DNA from: Aulosira sp. ZfuVER01
GTDB taxonomy: Bacteria > Cyanobacteriota > Cyanobacteriia > Cyanobacteriales > Nostocaceae
Length of the DNA stretch: 64,000 nucleotides
Assembly (NCBI GenBank): GCA_034530615.2
Contig: JAVRCV020000006.1
Span: forward strand, 32,001-96,000
Direction: 5' to 3'
The notes under the pieces were generated by a model that worked only from the letters and a program-made list of their open reading frames with translations, had not been told where the DNA came from and did no database searches. The translations under genes were made by a program, and so were the position numbers. Position 1 is the first letter of the stretch. Each line of letters begins with the position of its first letter. Shown here one piece after another: positions 1 through 12,147 of the stretch.

Positions 1-390
1 TTTACCGGGTAAAGCATTAGATTCGTGAAATACCACAGGTATTCCTAAAGAACGCGCCGCAATTACCGCCGGGCCAGCAATATAACCACCTGTGGTAAAT
101 ACGCCTTGAAATTTTCCCTGCTTGAGAATTCGTCTGACTTGCAAAATTGAAGTAAGCAGCTTACCCAAGATGCGGAGGGACGAAATACCAAAACCTTGCT
201 GAAACCCCTCAACTGCAATAGTATGCAATGGATATTGTTTGGGAACAAGTTGAGTTTCTAAGCGGTTGGGAACACCCAACCATTCAATTTCATATTCTGG
301 AAGTTTTTGTGCCAGTGCGATCGCTGGAAACAAGTGTCCACCCGTTCCACTAGCTGCTATTAATAACCTAGTTGGTGCTTCTTCTACCAT
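1..390 (-). CDS. murG: MurG, undecaprenyl-PP-MurNAc-pentapeptide GlcNAc transferase (5' part; runs off the window start; missing from the ORF track)
   Basis: Manual translation from ATG at 390 gives [27 protein letters not shown]...[35 protein letters not shown], containing the MurG GTGGH, GGY and HESN motifs. Confidence 0.95.
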   Translation of the reverse strand, partial: MVEEAPTRLLIAASGTGGHLFPAIALAQKLPEYEIEWLGVPNRLETQLVPKQYPLHTIAVEGFQQGFGISSLRILGKLLTSILQVRRILKQGKFQGVFTTGGYIAGPAVIAARSLGIPVVFHESNALPGK

Positions 391-474
391 TAAACCCCTA
401 CCGTTTAGCGCTTAAGCTTAACTAAGATAAAACAATTTCCCACCTTCTCTAGTAAAATCAGTAAACTCTTGCCA

Positions 475-1347
475 ATGACTAACATTATTACTTTATTACT
501 GAGACGCCACCGCAAATTTCCCACCAGCATCTGGCTAATTTTATCTATACTGACATTTGGTATAGGAAGTACTTGGCAATGCACTCAAGCAAGTACACCA
601 CGCCACTCACTACACACCGTTAAACCTCCCTCTGAGCGTTTAGCAGCTGGGAAAATCGCTCAAAACGCACCTCCCACATTGACAAATTTGTTGACACAAA
701 TTGATACAGCTGCTAACCAAGGTGATGTAAAAAAGGTAATCGAATTCTACAGCCCTAATTTTGTTCATGGCGATGGATTAAACCGCCAAACTCTAGAAAA
801 AGCCTTAATTGACCTTTGGAAGCGTTATCCCAAATTAAGATACTCCACTCAGTTGCAATCTTGGCAATCTGAAGGTAACACCATTGTCGCTGAAACAGTA
901 ACTAATATAACTGGCTTACCTTCTGCTAACAGTAATAATTTAGCTCTCAATGCCACAATTAAGTCACGTCAACGCATTTCAGGTGCAAAAATCGTCCGTC
1001 AAGATATTTTGTCGGAACGTACCTTACTAACTTCAGGTAGCAAACCACCTCAAGTTGATGTTAAATTACCACAACAAGTGAAAGTTGGACAGCAATATAA
1101 TTTTGATGCGATCGTCAACGAGCCATTAGGCGACGACTTTCTTTTAGGAACAGCCATAGAAGAACCTATTCAAGCCAACAAATATCTCAACCCCACACCT
1201 GTGGATTTAGAATTACTAACCTCTGGCGGGATTTTTAAAGTCGGACGCGCACCATCTACCCCCGGTAATCAATGGATTTCTGCGGTAATCCTGCGCGGAA
1301 ATGGGATGACGATGGTCACACAGCGTCTACAAGTAGTGAAAAAGTAG
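475..1347 (+). CDS. Exported NTF2/SnoaL-like domain protein
   Basis: N-terminal hydrophobic signal, then a LLTQIDTAANQGDVKKVIEFYSPNF NTF2-like pattern. Confidence 0.65.
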   Translation: MTNIITLLLRRHRKFPTSIWLILSILTFGIGSTWQCTQASTPRHSLHTVKPPSERLAAGKIAQNAPPTLTNLLTQIDTAANQGDVKKVIEFYSPNFVHGDGLNRQTLEKALIDLWKRYPKLRYSTQLQSWQSEGNTIVAETVTNITGLPSANSNNLALNATIKSRQRISGAKIVRQDILSERTLLTSGSKPPQVDVKLPQQVKVGQQYNFDAIVNEPLGDDFLLGTAIEEPIQANKYLNPTPVDLELLTSGGIFKVGRAPSTPGNQWISAVILRGNGMTMVTQRLQVVKK

Positions 1348-1353
1348 TTTGGA

Positions 1354-1408
1354 CATGGGGCATTGGGCATTGGGCAACAATAATTTCTGAATTTTGAATT
1401 TTGAATTG
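1354..1408. repeat. Short tandemly repeated heptamers (STRR-type, GGGCATT and TTTTGAA units)
   Basis: catggggcattgggcattgggc followed by ttctgaattttgaattttgaatt. Confidence 0.75.
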
Positions 1409-1502
1409 TTGGTCTCCCTTCCCCAGTCTCTAGCTTCAAATCTTGGTCATTAGTTCCGAATTATTGGACAATTGACACTAGACTCTTGACTCTTGGCTAA
1501 CA

Positions 1503-2276
1503 ATGATTTCCCTGGAAAATCAAATCATTCTGATCACTGGTGCAAGTAGTGGTATTGGTACTGCTTGTGCCAGAGTTTTTGCTGGTGTGGGTGCGAAACT
1601 AATTTTAGCGGCACGACGACTGGAACGTTTACAGCACCTAGCAGATACACTCAATAAAGATTTTAATACTGAAATTCATTTGTTACAGCTAGATGTGCGC
1701 GATCGCGCTGCGGTAGAATCTGCTATTTCTAGCCTACCTCTCGCTTGGTCTGAGATTGATATTCTCATCAACAATGCTGGTCTGAGTCGCGGTTTAGACA
1801 AGTTGCACGAAGGCAGCTTTGAGGATTGGGAAGAAATGATTGATACCAATATTAAGGGCTTGCTTTACCTTACCCGCTATGTTGTGCCAGGGATGGTAAA
1901 ACGCGATCGCGGTCATGTGGTAAATATTGGTTCGATCGCTGGGCATCAAACTTACCCTAATGGCAATGTCTATTGTGGTACAAAAGCCGCTGTTAGAGCA
2001 ATTTCGGAAGGTTTAAAACAAGATTTGTTAGGCACGCCGATCAGAGTAACTTCTGTCGATCCGGGGATGGTAGAAACAGAATTTAGTGAAGTCCGCTTTC
2101 ATGGCGATAACGAACGCGCCAAAAAAGTTTACCAGGGGGTTACTCCTCTAACTCCAGACGATGTGGCTGATGTAGTATTTTTCTGCGTCACGCGATCGCC
2201 CCATGTCAATATTAATGAAGTAGTACTTATGCCCGTCGATCAAGCTAGTGCTACACTCGTTAACCGACGAACATAA
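1503..2276 (+). CDS. SDR family oxidoreductase (YdfG-like, NADP-dependent)
   Basis: TGASSGIG, NNAG, catalytic YCGTK and PGMVETEFS motifs. Confidence 0.9.
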   Translation: MISLENQIILITGASSGIGTACARVFAGVGAKLILAARRLERLQHLADTLNKDFNTEIHLLQLDVRDRAAVESAISSLPLAWSEIDILINNAGLSRGLDKLHEGSFEDWEEMIDTNIKGLLYLTRYVVPGMVKRDRGHVVNIGSIAGHQTYPNGNVYCGTKAAVRAISEGLKQDLLGTPIRVTSVDPGMVETEFSEVRFHGDNERAKKVYQGVTPLTPDDVADVVFFCVTRSPHVNINEVVLMPVDQASATLVNRRT

Positions 2277-2300
2277 GTCTTGTTACCTGTTTGGGTTGAT

Positions 2301-2321
2301 GGTCTGCCTGGTTGGCAGACC
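2301..2321. terminator. Hairpin between the convergent SDR and thiC genes
   Basis: GGTCTGCC-tggtt-GGCAGACC perfect 8-bp stem. Confidence 0.5.
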
Positions 2322-2434
2322 TGATAATGGGGCTGTCTAAGATTAAAAGATATATGTTGGGCAGGCGATTTGATCGCTCAGTCACTTAAAAAATGTTGGT
2401 AATGACCAGCCCTTCTAGGGTAAGGACTATCTCA

Positions 2435-3914
<1,480 letters not shown>

Positions 3915-4110
3915 ATGTAGATTGTACCATTTTGCTTATGGATAGGAGCAAGGAGGTTAACAAATCCTGAGGTGAGCGGGTCGCCTGTCTCTTCTACTTT
4001 TAAAATGAGTAAGCGTCCATCGGCAAACAGATACTGCTTGAACCTCACATTTTCTTTACATTTATTTGTTAAAAGAATAGTGTCTAAAAATAAGACGGAA
4101 TTAGAAAACT

Positions 4111-4140
4111 ACCCCGATTGCCCGATCGGGGTTTTTATTT
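4111..4140 (+). terminator. Intrinsic terminator-like hairpin (no + strand gene upstream)
   Basis: ACCCCGAT-tgcccg-ATCGGGGT followed by TTTTATTT. Confidence 0.65.
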
Positions 4141-4233
4141 TGTCTAAATATCTGAGCGATCGCCAATCCTCAGATTTTCTTCATTTTTAGTTGATAAAAA
4201 GAATACAGGTATACATTGAACCTACACGATATT

Positions 4234-4259
4234 CCCCGACTCTTGGGTCGGGGTTTTTT
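4234..4259 (+). terminator. Second related intrinsic terminator-like hairpin
   Basis: CCCCGAC-tcttgg-GTCGGGG followed by TTTTTT. Confidence 0.65.
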
Positions 4260-4328
4260 CTCTTGTCAGAAGGTTTGGTAACAGTTAGAGAACTTTGGCG
4301 CTTAGCTGAAGACTCATTTGCCTCTATT

Positions 4329-5201
4329 TTAACTGCTAGTTATCGTCGGGCGATCGCCTTTTTGAAATCTGACCCATGCTTGTTGTAAAGTTGTTGGCGC
4401 AGGGTTTTTGGCATCATAGACAACAATTACATTCGTCAATGGCCGTCCGGCAGGGACTAAAATTTTACTATTAGCAGCTAAAGCTTTCGATGCACCGCCA
4501 TCTAAATTCATTGCTTCATAACAGCCAATGGCTTTCATCGCTTGCGCTTCTTGCTGCAAATTTAAAGCAATATCAAAATTCACCAAAAACAGCTTTTTGC
4601 CGTCCGCGGGAAACCCAATTGCTGTCCGCGCACCTGTGCCTAAAACCGCAGGATCTTTAAAGCCTTCAATATGTGGTTGAAGCCAAATCTCTCCTTTGCG
4701 TAAAAGTCTAGGGCCACAGGTAATCGAAAACCAATGTTGATGCCATTGAGGTTTACCATCAATCCTTGCTGTCACCATTTCTGGTTGATTCCCGACTCCC
4801 AACCCTAAGGTTGTACCAAAGTTTTCCCACTGGCTATATTTCAGAAATCTACCTTCTGCCACCATATTACCCATGACTGTTTTTTGGGCATTTTTGGCAA
4901 AAAAAGTACCATTAGCAACGACAGCAGCACGATGACGCCCTACTAGTCGGTTAAATTCTTCATCACCACTCGTTTTCTGAATAGTGTTAGCAAAAGTTGC
5001 ATTATTTGCTAAACCAATAGTAATGAAAGTTCTGGGGTCGGTGAGATCAATAATTGTTTGATAAAAAGAGATACCGTTAACCTTACCCTTCTTGACTTGT
5101 ACAGGTTGAGCCATAGCGGGTAGTGCTAGTGTTAATCCTTGTGCCAAAGCAGCACCTCCCATAAACAAGAAAGACCGCCGAAATATTTTGGAACTTGGCA
5201 T
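4329..5201 (-). CDS. Phosphodiester glycosidase (NAGPA-like) family protein with Tat signal
   Basis: FRRSFL twin-arginine signal; NGTFF, RTAIG and AMNLDGGAS motifs. Confidence 0.85.
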   Translation of the reverse strand: MPSSKIFRRSFLFMGGAALAQGLTLALPAMAQPVQVKKGKVNGISFYQTIIDLTDPRTFITIGLANNATFANTIQKTSGDEEFNRLVGRHRAAVVANGTFFAKNAQKTVMGNMVAEGRFLKYSQWENFGTTLGLGVGNQPEMVTARIDGKPQWHQHWFSITCGPRLLRKGEIWLQPHIEGFKDPAVLGTGARTAIGFPADGKKLFLVNFDIALNLQQEAQAMKAIGCYEAMNLDGGASKALAANSKILVPAGRPLTNVIVVYDAKNPAPTTLQQAWVRFQKGDRPTITSS

Positions 5202-5392
5202 AATTCACCCTGGACTATATTCTTTTTCTTAGAATGCCCAAACTCTTGCTTAATTCCGTTAAGTCAGCGTGGGGTGTGGGGAATAGGGGGATGAGCGAGA
5301 TGAGGAGAATGAGGGAGTAGGGGAAGAAATCACAAAATGACCATTGACTATTGACTCTGGACTCTTGACAAATGACCAATGCGCCATGCCCT

Positions 5393-5968
5393 ATGCCCAA
5401 ATATAGATATATTATTTTTCACAAACCTTATGGCGTTCTTAGCCAATTTACGCAGGAAACTCCCAAACACTGCACCTTGAAAGACTATATTCCGGTTCCT
5501 GATGTTTATCCTGTAGGGCGTTTAGATTGGGATAGTGAAGGGTTACTACTGCTGACGAACAATGGTCAATTGCAACATCGTCTTGCCAATCCTCGATTTG
5601 GGCATGAACGTACTTATTGGGCGCAGGTAGAACGAATTCCGGATGTAGATGCTATAAATAAGTTGCAAACAGGTGTAAGCATTCAAGATTACCGCACCCG
5701 ACCAGCAAAAGTCCGCTTATTATCAGAAGAACCAGCAGTAGGCGATCGCAATCCACCAATTAGATTTCGGAAAAATGTACCTACAGCTTGGCTAGAAATG
5801 ACTTTAACTGAAGGAAAAAATCGTCAGGTGCGACGAATGACTGCGGCTGTGGGGTTTCCGACTTTGCGATTGATCAGGGTAAGTATCGCTCACTTACAAT
5901 TACATAATCTACAACCAGGCCAGTGGCGTGACCTCACCTGTTCTGAACTAGAAATGTTTCTCGGTTGA
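5393..5968 (+). CDS. RsuA/RluE-family pseudouridine synthase
   Basis: [22 protein letters not shown] and [10 protein letters not shown] motifs. ATG 5393 preferred because upstream codons derive from STRR repeats. Confidence 0.92.
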   Translation: MPKYRYIIFHKPYGVLSQFTQETPKHCTLKDYIPVPDVYPVGRLDWDSEGLLLLTNNGQLQHRLANPRFGHERTYWAQVERIPDVDAINKLQTGVSIQDYRTRPAKVRLLSEEPAVGDRNPPIRFRKNVPTAWLEMTLTEGKNRQVRRMTAAVGFPTLRLIRVSIAHLQLHNLQPGQWRDLTCSELEMFLG

Positions 5969-6387
5969 ACAACTAAAACTTATTCATGAGTGCTGAGTGC
6001 AATTAATTTTCATTTTTACTCAGCAATCAGCACTGCTTCGGTGAATTGATTAAATATTTACCCGAGCAAATACTTATTTAATAAGTACTATTACTTATTC
6101 TCTTTTCAAGAGATTACTAAGCAAGAGTATGCTGATTTAATTTACTTTCATACAGCAGATAACAGATTAATTGTGATTTTTAAAATAAAAACCAAAATAA
6201 TGTATTTTACTAAACATATTGATCCGCTATTTTTAACTAAAAATTACAAATAACAAAATAGCGATTATATTTGTTACATAAGTTTTTATTTGCCCTTTGA
6301 CAAAAATCAATTTAGAAGCAGTATAATAATCTTTTTTTATTCCTGCCCTTGTCTGTATCAGCCTTTGGGTGCAAGTTATTAAGTCTT

Positions 6388-8118
6388 ATGAGCCGCAATC
6401 AGCAATCGATATGGCATGACACTCACCAACAACAAGATATCTTGTCTGCAACGCCTGCACGCTTGGAACTTGTACCTGAACGAGTCTGTGATTTAGAACT
6501 TTCCACAGCAGAAACTCTGCATCGTAACCAAGAGGAACTTAAGTTCTATCGTAGACTTTATGAAAATATTCCTTCTGTATATTTCAGTTTAGATACAACC
6601 GGAATAATTTTATCTGTCAATCAGTTTGGTGCCAGATGTCTTGGATACACGGTAGAAGAATTAGTTGACAAGTCTGTTTTTAACTTATTTGAACAGTCAG
6701 ACAAACAAAGATTATTTAATGCATTTGGCGAGCTATTCCAGAATTCATCTAATAGCGAAGATGCCAATTGGGAATTTCGGTTAGATTGTCCTGGTAGTAA
6801 GATTTTATGGGTAAAAGTTGTAGCGCGCTTCTTACCTGATGAGGATGAAAATTATCTGATAGATGCTGACCCTATTGATAAATGTCCGCAAAACAATCCC
6901 CATATTCTCATGGTTTTAGAAGACATTACTGTTCACAAACAGGCGGAAGATGCTTTACGAGAAAGCGAACAACGCTTTCACACTATGGCTAATACCGCAC
7001 CAGTAATGTTATGGATGGCAGGATGTGATGGACTGTTTACCTTTTTTAATCAATCTTGGTTAAAATTTACTGGACGTAGTATGGAGCAACAGCAAGGTTT
7101 AGGCTGGCTCCAAGGAGTACATCCACAAGACCAAGAATTGTGCCAAGAAATATACTATTCTGCCTTTCATGCTAGAGGCAAATTTGAGATGGAATACCGA
7201 CTCAAACGTCATGATGGCGAATATCGTTGGATTTTAGATAGTGGTGTTCCTCGATTTACGCCCAATGGCAAATTTGTTGGTTACATTGGATGCTGCATAG
7301 ATATTACAGAGCGTAAGTTAGCAGAAGTTGCGTTAAAAGACAGCCAAGAAGCTGTACAGGCCCAATTAGAGGAAATGGAAAGCCTCAATCGCCTCAAAGA
7401 TGAATTTCTGAGTACAGTTTCTCATGAACTACGCACGCCACTAACTAATATGAAAATGGCGATTCAAATGCTAGGAATCGCACTAAATCAAGAGCAAAAC
7501 TTTTTGTCAGAAATGGCAAAGCCACCAGCAGAACGCTCAAAAGCATCTCGCTATTATCAAATTTTAGATAATGAGTGCGATCGCGAAATTAATCTCATTA
7601 GTAACTTCTTAGATTTGCAACGGTTAGATACAGGTGCCAAGCCTTTAGTACTAGAAACTATTCAAGTACAGCAATGGCTGTGGCGAGTGGTAGAAGTCTT
7701 TAAAGCACGCAACCGCAACTCCTGTGAGCAAAAATTGCGCCTTAGTGTAGCAGCTAATCTTCCTTTACTAGCCTGCGATCCATTCAGCCTAGAACGCATT
7801 TTAATAGAACTGCTGACCAATGCCTGTAAATTCAGCCCTCCAGATGCAGAAATCACTATTTCCGCGCAATTAAAATCTCATAATATCCAATTTCAAGTAA
7901 TCAATTCCGGTGTAGAAATTCCTAGCTCTGAACTACCGCGAATTTTCGATAAATTTTACCGCATTCCCAGTAACGATCCTTGGAAGCAGGGTGGCACTGG
8001 ATTAGGTTTAGCATTAGTACAGAAACTAACCAAACACTTAGGAGGAACAATCGAGGTTGAAAGTGGGTCAAACCTTACCTGCTTTGCTATCCAACTACCG
8101 CTGAGTACTGAGGTGTGA
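6388..8118 (+). CDS. PAS-PAS sensor histidine kinase
   Basis: Two PAS/PAC domains, SHELRTPL H-box, NACKF N-box, GGTGLGL G2 box. Start uncertain (TTG 6349 or ATG 6388). Confidence 0.9.
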   Translation: MSRNQQSIWHDTHQQQDILSATPARLELVPERVCDLELSTAETLHRNQEELKFYRRLYENIPSVYFSLDTTGIILSVNQFGARCLGYTVEELVDKSVFNLFEQSDKQRLFNAFGELFQNSSNSEDANWEFRLDCPGSKILWVKVVARFLPDEDENYLIDADPIDKCPQNNPHILMVLEDITVHKQAEDALRESEQRFHTMANTAPVMLWMAGCDGLFTFFNQSWLKFTGRSMEQQQGLGWLQGVHPQDQELCQEIYYSAFHARGKFEMEYRLKRHDGEYRWILDSGVPRFTPNGKFVGYIGCCIDITERKLAEVALKDSQEAVQAQLEEMESLNRLKDEFLSTVSHELRTPLTNMKMAIQMLGIALNQEQNFLSEMAKPPAERSKASRYYQILDNECDREINLISNFLDLQRLDTGAKPLVLETIQVQQWLWRVVEVFKARNRNSCEQKLRLSVAANLPLLACDPFSLERILIELLTNACKFSPPDAEITISAQLKSHNIQFQVINSGVEIPSSELPRIFDKFYRIPSNDPWKQGGTGLGLALVQKLTKHLGGTIEVESGSNLTCFAIQLPLSTEV

Positions 8119-8383
8119 AACAAGAGAGTTCAAAGTCAATGGTCAATAGTCATCATTAATTATTCATTATTCCTTGTCCCCCTGCTCCTCCCTTTTAAAG
8201 AAATTAGCTTGCCGATATCTAAAATATTTAGCTAATATGCGTCACAATTAATACTGCCACCAAAATTCACCAGTGAAACCACAATTTTTTATTAGGTCTA
8301 CTGTAGGCAGGGGTAGCAAGTTGTGGCACTTTGGATCTTGAGTGGCTAGAAGCACCTTGGAACGGGAATGAGGAACTTCCACT

Positions 8384-10369
8384 ATGCTGATTTGCCCTCA
8401 GTGTAAATTTGAAAACTCCAATACCAATAAATTCTGCCAAAACTGTGGTGCATCCCTGACCCAGATTGTCTGTCATGAATGCAGTACTTCCGTACCTGTA
8501 AACGCACAAAGTTGTCCTAACTGTGGCACAGACTGCGGAACAGTTTGGTTGGCAATTATTGGCAAACAAGCCACTGGTAGCGAGGAACTAGGAACTGGGG
8601 GCGATGGGGAAAATGAGGAAACAAAGAAAGATGAGGACGCAATATCTTCTCCATCTCCTACGCCTATTAGCTCCCCGCTCGTAGTAGGCTCTTATTTAGA
8701 TCTAGAGCAACGTTATCAATTATTAGAGCCGCTACCAAGCGTAGAAGAACTTGCAGCTAATACTGAAGTTTGTATTCAAGTCTTAGACTGCCAACCATAT
8801 CAAATCTCACCTCTTTTGGCGATGTTAGAAAATCGCCAAAAGGGGCTAGTAACACCATCAGTAGAAGCAAGTGGAATTCCCCAACTTGCTAAACCTTATA
8901 TAGCCTTACAACCACAGGGACATCCAGGAATCCCGCCAATTCATGATGCATGGCAAAAAGATGATATACAGGTCGTACTCATCCAAGACCGCTCGAATTG
9001 GCCGCGTTTACTTGACCAGTGGCAAGAAAACACCACAAGTTCATTGCAAATTTTACACTGGTGCTATCAGATGACCCAATTGTGGGCAGTCTTAGAACCA
9101 GTGAATTGTTGTCCAAGTCTTTTGGATTTATCGAATTTGCTATTGGATGAAGACCAAACACTGACGCTAGGGCGCTTATATTCGGAACAATTTAATGATG
9201 TGCTAGCAAATTTAGCAGAGCAAACATCTGTTGAACAAGAGCAGTCTTTAACAATCAAAGCTTTGGGACGAGTTTGGCAGTCCCTCTTTAGACAGTCTCA
9301 ACGCACTCAATTTGGCTCCATAGTCCAGATGTTAGGGGATTTGGAACTAGGTAAGATTGAAACGATCGCTCAATTGCGATCGCGTTTAGAAGAAATGTCT
9401 AGCGAAATCGTAGCACCGACAATTGAAACTTTACCCCCAACAGAGGAACAGTACACCACTGCACCAACAATTCTGCAATTTGATGAGCTAGACGATTTCA
9501 ACGCCAAAAACGACGATATGCCCACAGTTGTCCTCCCCATGCAGTTAAGCAGCTTGCAAGATACAGGACAAACTGATGTGGGTCGTCAACGTCATCACAA
9601 TGAAGACTACTTTGGCATTGAAACCAACATTAACAAACTAGAGTTACCTCGAACTAGAGTTCTGCAAGCCCGTGGTTTATATATTCTCTGCGACGGTATG
9701 GGGGGACACGCTGGCGGCGAGGTAGCTAGTGAGTTAGCAGTCAATACCCTGCGCCAATATTTTCAAGAACATTGGATTGCCAATCAACTGCCCACAGAAG
9801 ACGATATCCGTGAAGCAGTATATCTAGCAAATCAGGCAATTTACGATCTTAATCAAAAAGACGCCCGTTCTGGAGTTGGGCGCATGGGTACTACCCTAGT
9901 TATGCTCTTAATTCAGGACAGCCACGCCGCAGTTGCTCATGTAGGAGATAGCCGCCTTTATTGCGTAACTCATAAACGGGGATTGGAACAAATTACAGTC
10001 GATCACGAAGTCGGTCAACGAGAAATTACTAGAGGAGTAGAAGCCAGCATTGCTTATGCGCGTCCCGATGCTTACCAACTTACCCAAGCCCTAGGGCCGC
10101 GTGACGAACACTCGATTAATCCTGATGTAGAGTTTTTCGAGATTAATGAAGATACTCTCTTCATACTGGCCTCGGATGGTTTATCGGATAATGATTTACT
10201 AGAAAGCCATTGGCAAACACATTTACTTCCTTTGCTTGGCTCTGGTACTAATTTAGAAGCCGGTGTCACAGACTTAATTGATTTGGCAAACCAATACAAT
10301 GGTCATGACAATATTACCGCTATCCTGATCCGAGCAAAAGTGCGTCCAAATTTGGACAGTTCAAGATAA
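8384..10369 (+). CDS. PP2C-family Ser/Thr phosphatase with N-terminal zinc ribbons
   Basis: Four CxxC pairs at the N-terminus; TDVGRQRHHNED, CDGMGG, HVGDSR, SDGL and GHDNIT PP2C motifs. Confidence 0.92.
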   Translation: MLICPQCKFENSNTNKFCQNCGASLTQIVCHECSTSVPVNAQSCPNCGTDCGTVWLAIIGKQATGSEELGTGGDGENEETKKDEDAISSPSPTPISSPLVVGSYLDLEQRYQLLEPLPSVEELAANTEVCIQVLDCQPYQISPLLAMLENRQKGLVTPSVEASGIPQLAKPYIALQPQGHPGIPPIHDAWQKDDIQVVLIQDRSNWPRLLDQWQENTTSSLQILHWCYQMTQLWAVLEPVNCCPSLLDLSNLLLDEDQTLTLGRLYSEQFNDVLANLAEQTSVEQEQSLTIKALGRVWQSLFRQSQRTQFGSIVQMLGDLELGKIETIAQLRSRLEEMSSEIVAPTIETLPPTEEQYTTAPTILQFDELDDFNAKNDDMPTVVLPMQLSSLQDTGQTDVGRQRHHNEDYFGIETNINKLELPRTRVLQARGLYILCDGMGGHAGGEVASELAVNTLRQYFQEHWIANQLPTEDDIREAVYLANQAIYDLNQKDARSGVGRMGTTLVMLLIQDSHAAVAHVGDSRLYCVTHKRGLEQITVDHEVGQREITRGVEASIAYARPDAYQLTQALGPRDEHSINPDVEFFEINEDTLFILASDGLSDNDLLESHWQTHLLPLLGSGTNLEAGVTDLIDLANQYNGHDNITAILIRAKVRPNLDSSR

Positions 10370-10380
10370 ATGTAGCTAGG

Positions 10381-10582
10381 GAGAAAAAGCAGGGGAGCAG
10401 GGAGCAGGGGGAGAGAAGGAGACAAAGGGGACAAGGAGGACAAGGGGGACAAGAAATTTTAGATTTTAGATTTTGGATTAGATTTCAATCTAAAATCCAA
10501 AATCGTAAATCCGAAATCCAAAATTGTTTCCAATACCCAATGCCCAATGCCCAATGCCCAATGCCCAATGCCCAATGCCCAA
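10381..10582. repeat. Cluster of STRR-type repeats: purine-rich GGGGA(C/G) units, inverted TTTTAGA/AAAATCC units and a CCCAATG tandem array
   Basis: Directly visible, e.g. about six CCCAATG units at 10536-10582. Confidence 0.85.
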
Positions 10583-10615
10583 CGCTCTAATCCTTTTACC
10601 TTATGAGTTTGTATT

Positions 10616-11869
10616 GTGGTTACTCTGACTCTGCTTGAACCGCAACAAAAAACGCCACTCAAGCAATGGTATTTTGAGAACTCCTCCGCGATTAAAATTG
10701 GACGCGCGGCGGATAATCATGTTGTATTAAATGATAGTTTGGTTTCCCGCTATCATTTAGAACTTAAACCAGTCAATTCTGCCAAAAATGGCAGTTCATG
10801 GCAGGTAATTAGTCATGGTACGAATGGCACTTTCCTCAACGGTGTCCTTGTAACTCAGAGCCAACTACCAGATAATTCCCTGCTGCAACTAGCACAGGGA
10901 GGCCCAATAATAAAATTTCAACTTCAGGAGGTAACAACACCAGAATCTTTGCTGAGGCAAAAAGAAATTCCCGGCTCAACGGAAAAAACCTTTGCGCCTT
11001 CATCTTCTACCTGTACTCATGAAGGGAACTCCCCCAAAAATCTCTTTTGCATCCATTGCGGTCAACCTTTATCAGTGCAAAAGACGATTCGCCAGTATCA
11101 GGTATTACGGACTTTGGGACAAGGAGGCATGGGTACTACGTATCTTGCTTGGGATGCAGCAGGTGCGATCGCCGGACACCCACAACTGTTAGTGTTAAAA
11201 CAGATGAATGCCGATATGGTGAAAATTGCCAAGGCCCAAGAGTTATTTGAACGAGAGGCTTACACTCTCAAATCTCTTAACCATCTTGGAATTCCCAAAT
11301 ATTATGACTTTTTTGTTGAAGGCGGCAAAAAATATTTGGCAATGGAATTAGTCCACGGACAAGATTTAGAAAAACGGATTTATACCACAGGGCCAGTTAT
11401 CCCAAGTCAAGCGATCGCCTGGATGATCCAAACCTGCGATATTTTAGATTATCTCCATAGCCAGCAACCACCACTGATTCACCGGGATATTAAACCCGCT
11501 AACCTGATGGTGCGAAATTCTAACAATCGAATAGTAGTACTAGATTTTGGTGCAGTTAAGGAAATTGGTACAGCACCGGGTACTAGGATTGGCGCTGAGG
11601 GTTACTGCGCTCCCGAACAAGAACGAGGACAACCCCTCACCCAATCGGATTTATATGCCATTGGCCCCACTTTAATTTTTTTACTGACAGGTGAAAACCC
11701 TTTCAAGTTTTACCACCAGCGAGGGCGACATTTTCGCTTTGATGTAGCTAGCGTTCCAACAATTACTCCCCAATTAAGAGCGATTATCGATCGCGTTACA
11801 GAGCCATTGCCACGCGATCGCTATCAGACTGCTCAAGAACTAGCTACGGCATTAGCTACTTGCCAATGA
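10616..11869 (+). CDS. FHA-domain Ser/Thr protein kinase
   Basis: IGR...VSRYH...GTNGTFLNG FHA; LGQGGMG, VLK, HRDIKPAN, DFG and APE kinase motifs. Confidence 0.93.
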   Translation: MVTLTLLEPQQKTPLKQWYFENSSAIKIGRAADNHVVLNDSLVSRYHLELKPVNSAKNGSSWQVISHGTNGTFLNGVLVTQSQLPDNSLLQLAQGGPIIKFQLQEVTTPESLLRQKEIPGSTEKTFAPSSSTCTHEGNSPKNLFCIHCGQPLSVQKTIRQYQVLRTLGQGGMGTTYLAWDAAGAIAGHPQLLVLKQMNADMVKIAKAQELFEREAYTLKSLNHLGIPKYYDFFVEGGKKYLAMELVHGQDLEKRIYTTGPVIPSQAIAWMIQTCDILDYLHSQQPPLIHRDIKPANLMVRNSNNRIVVLDFGAVKEIGTAPGTRIGAEGYCAPEQERGQPLTQSDLYAIGPTLIFLLTGENPFKFYHQRGRHFRFDVASVPTITPQLRAIIDRVTEPLPRDRYQTAQELATALATCQ

Positions 11870-11928
11870 AGTATAGAAGCAAGTGCAAGTATGAAGGCTG
11901 AAAAATTTCATCCCTCATACTTCACATC

Positions 11929-12147
11929 TTATTCTTCGTCCCAAGCTTCCACTGCTAACAATTCACTGATTGGATCTTGCATACTAAAGCCAAAATCCAA
12001 CAGTTCTTGTTTCCAGTGCTGCCAATCATTGCCATAGAGCAAAGCGATTTTCCAAATGCTATCACTTGGCTTGATAATATTCGATTCTACGAGTGATTGC
12101 ACGTTGAGCTGCAATTTCACCATTGGGTGAATTACTTGCTGAGTCAT
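11929..12147 (-). CDS. DUF4327-like small cyanobacterial protein
   Basis: LQxxVxSLVESNIIKPSDSIWKI...W...F...DPISELL..EAWDEE pattern recalled for this family. Confidence 0.7.
   Translation of the reverse strand: MTQQVIHPMVKLQLNVQSLVESNIIKPSDSIWKIALLYGNDWQHWKQELLDFGFSMQDPISELLAVEAWDEE

Noticed and set aside
63..248. 61-aa ORF from the track
   Set aside because: Alternative frame inside murG.
3972..4388. Two short + strand ORFs (72 and 65 aa)
   Set aside because: Non-ATG starts, each runs through a terminator hairpin, and no recognisable motifs; an sRNA interpretation fits better.
10459..10662. 67-aa ORF with WALGIGH repeats (also 5215-5400 and 52300-52548)
   Set aside because: Translations of STRR heptamer repeats.
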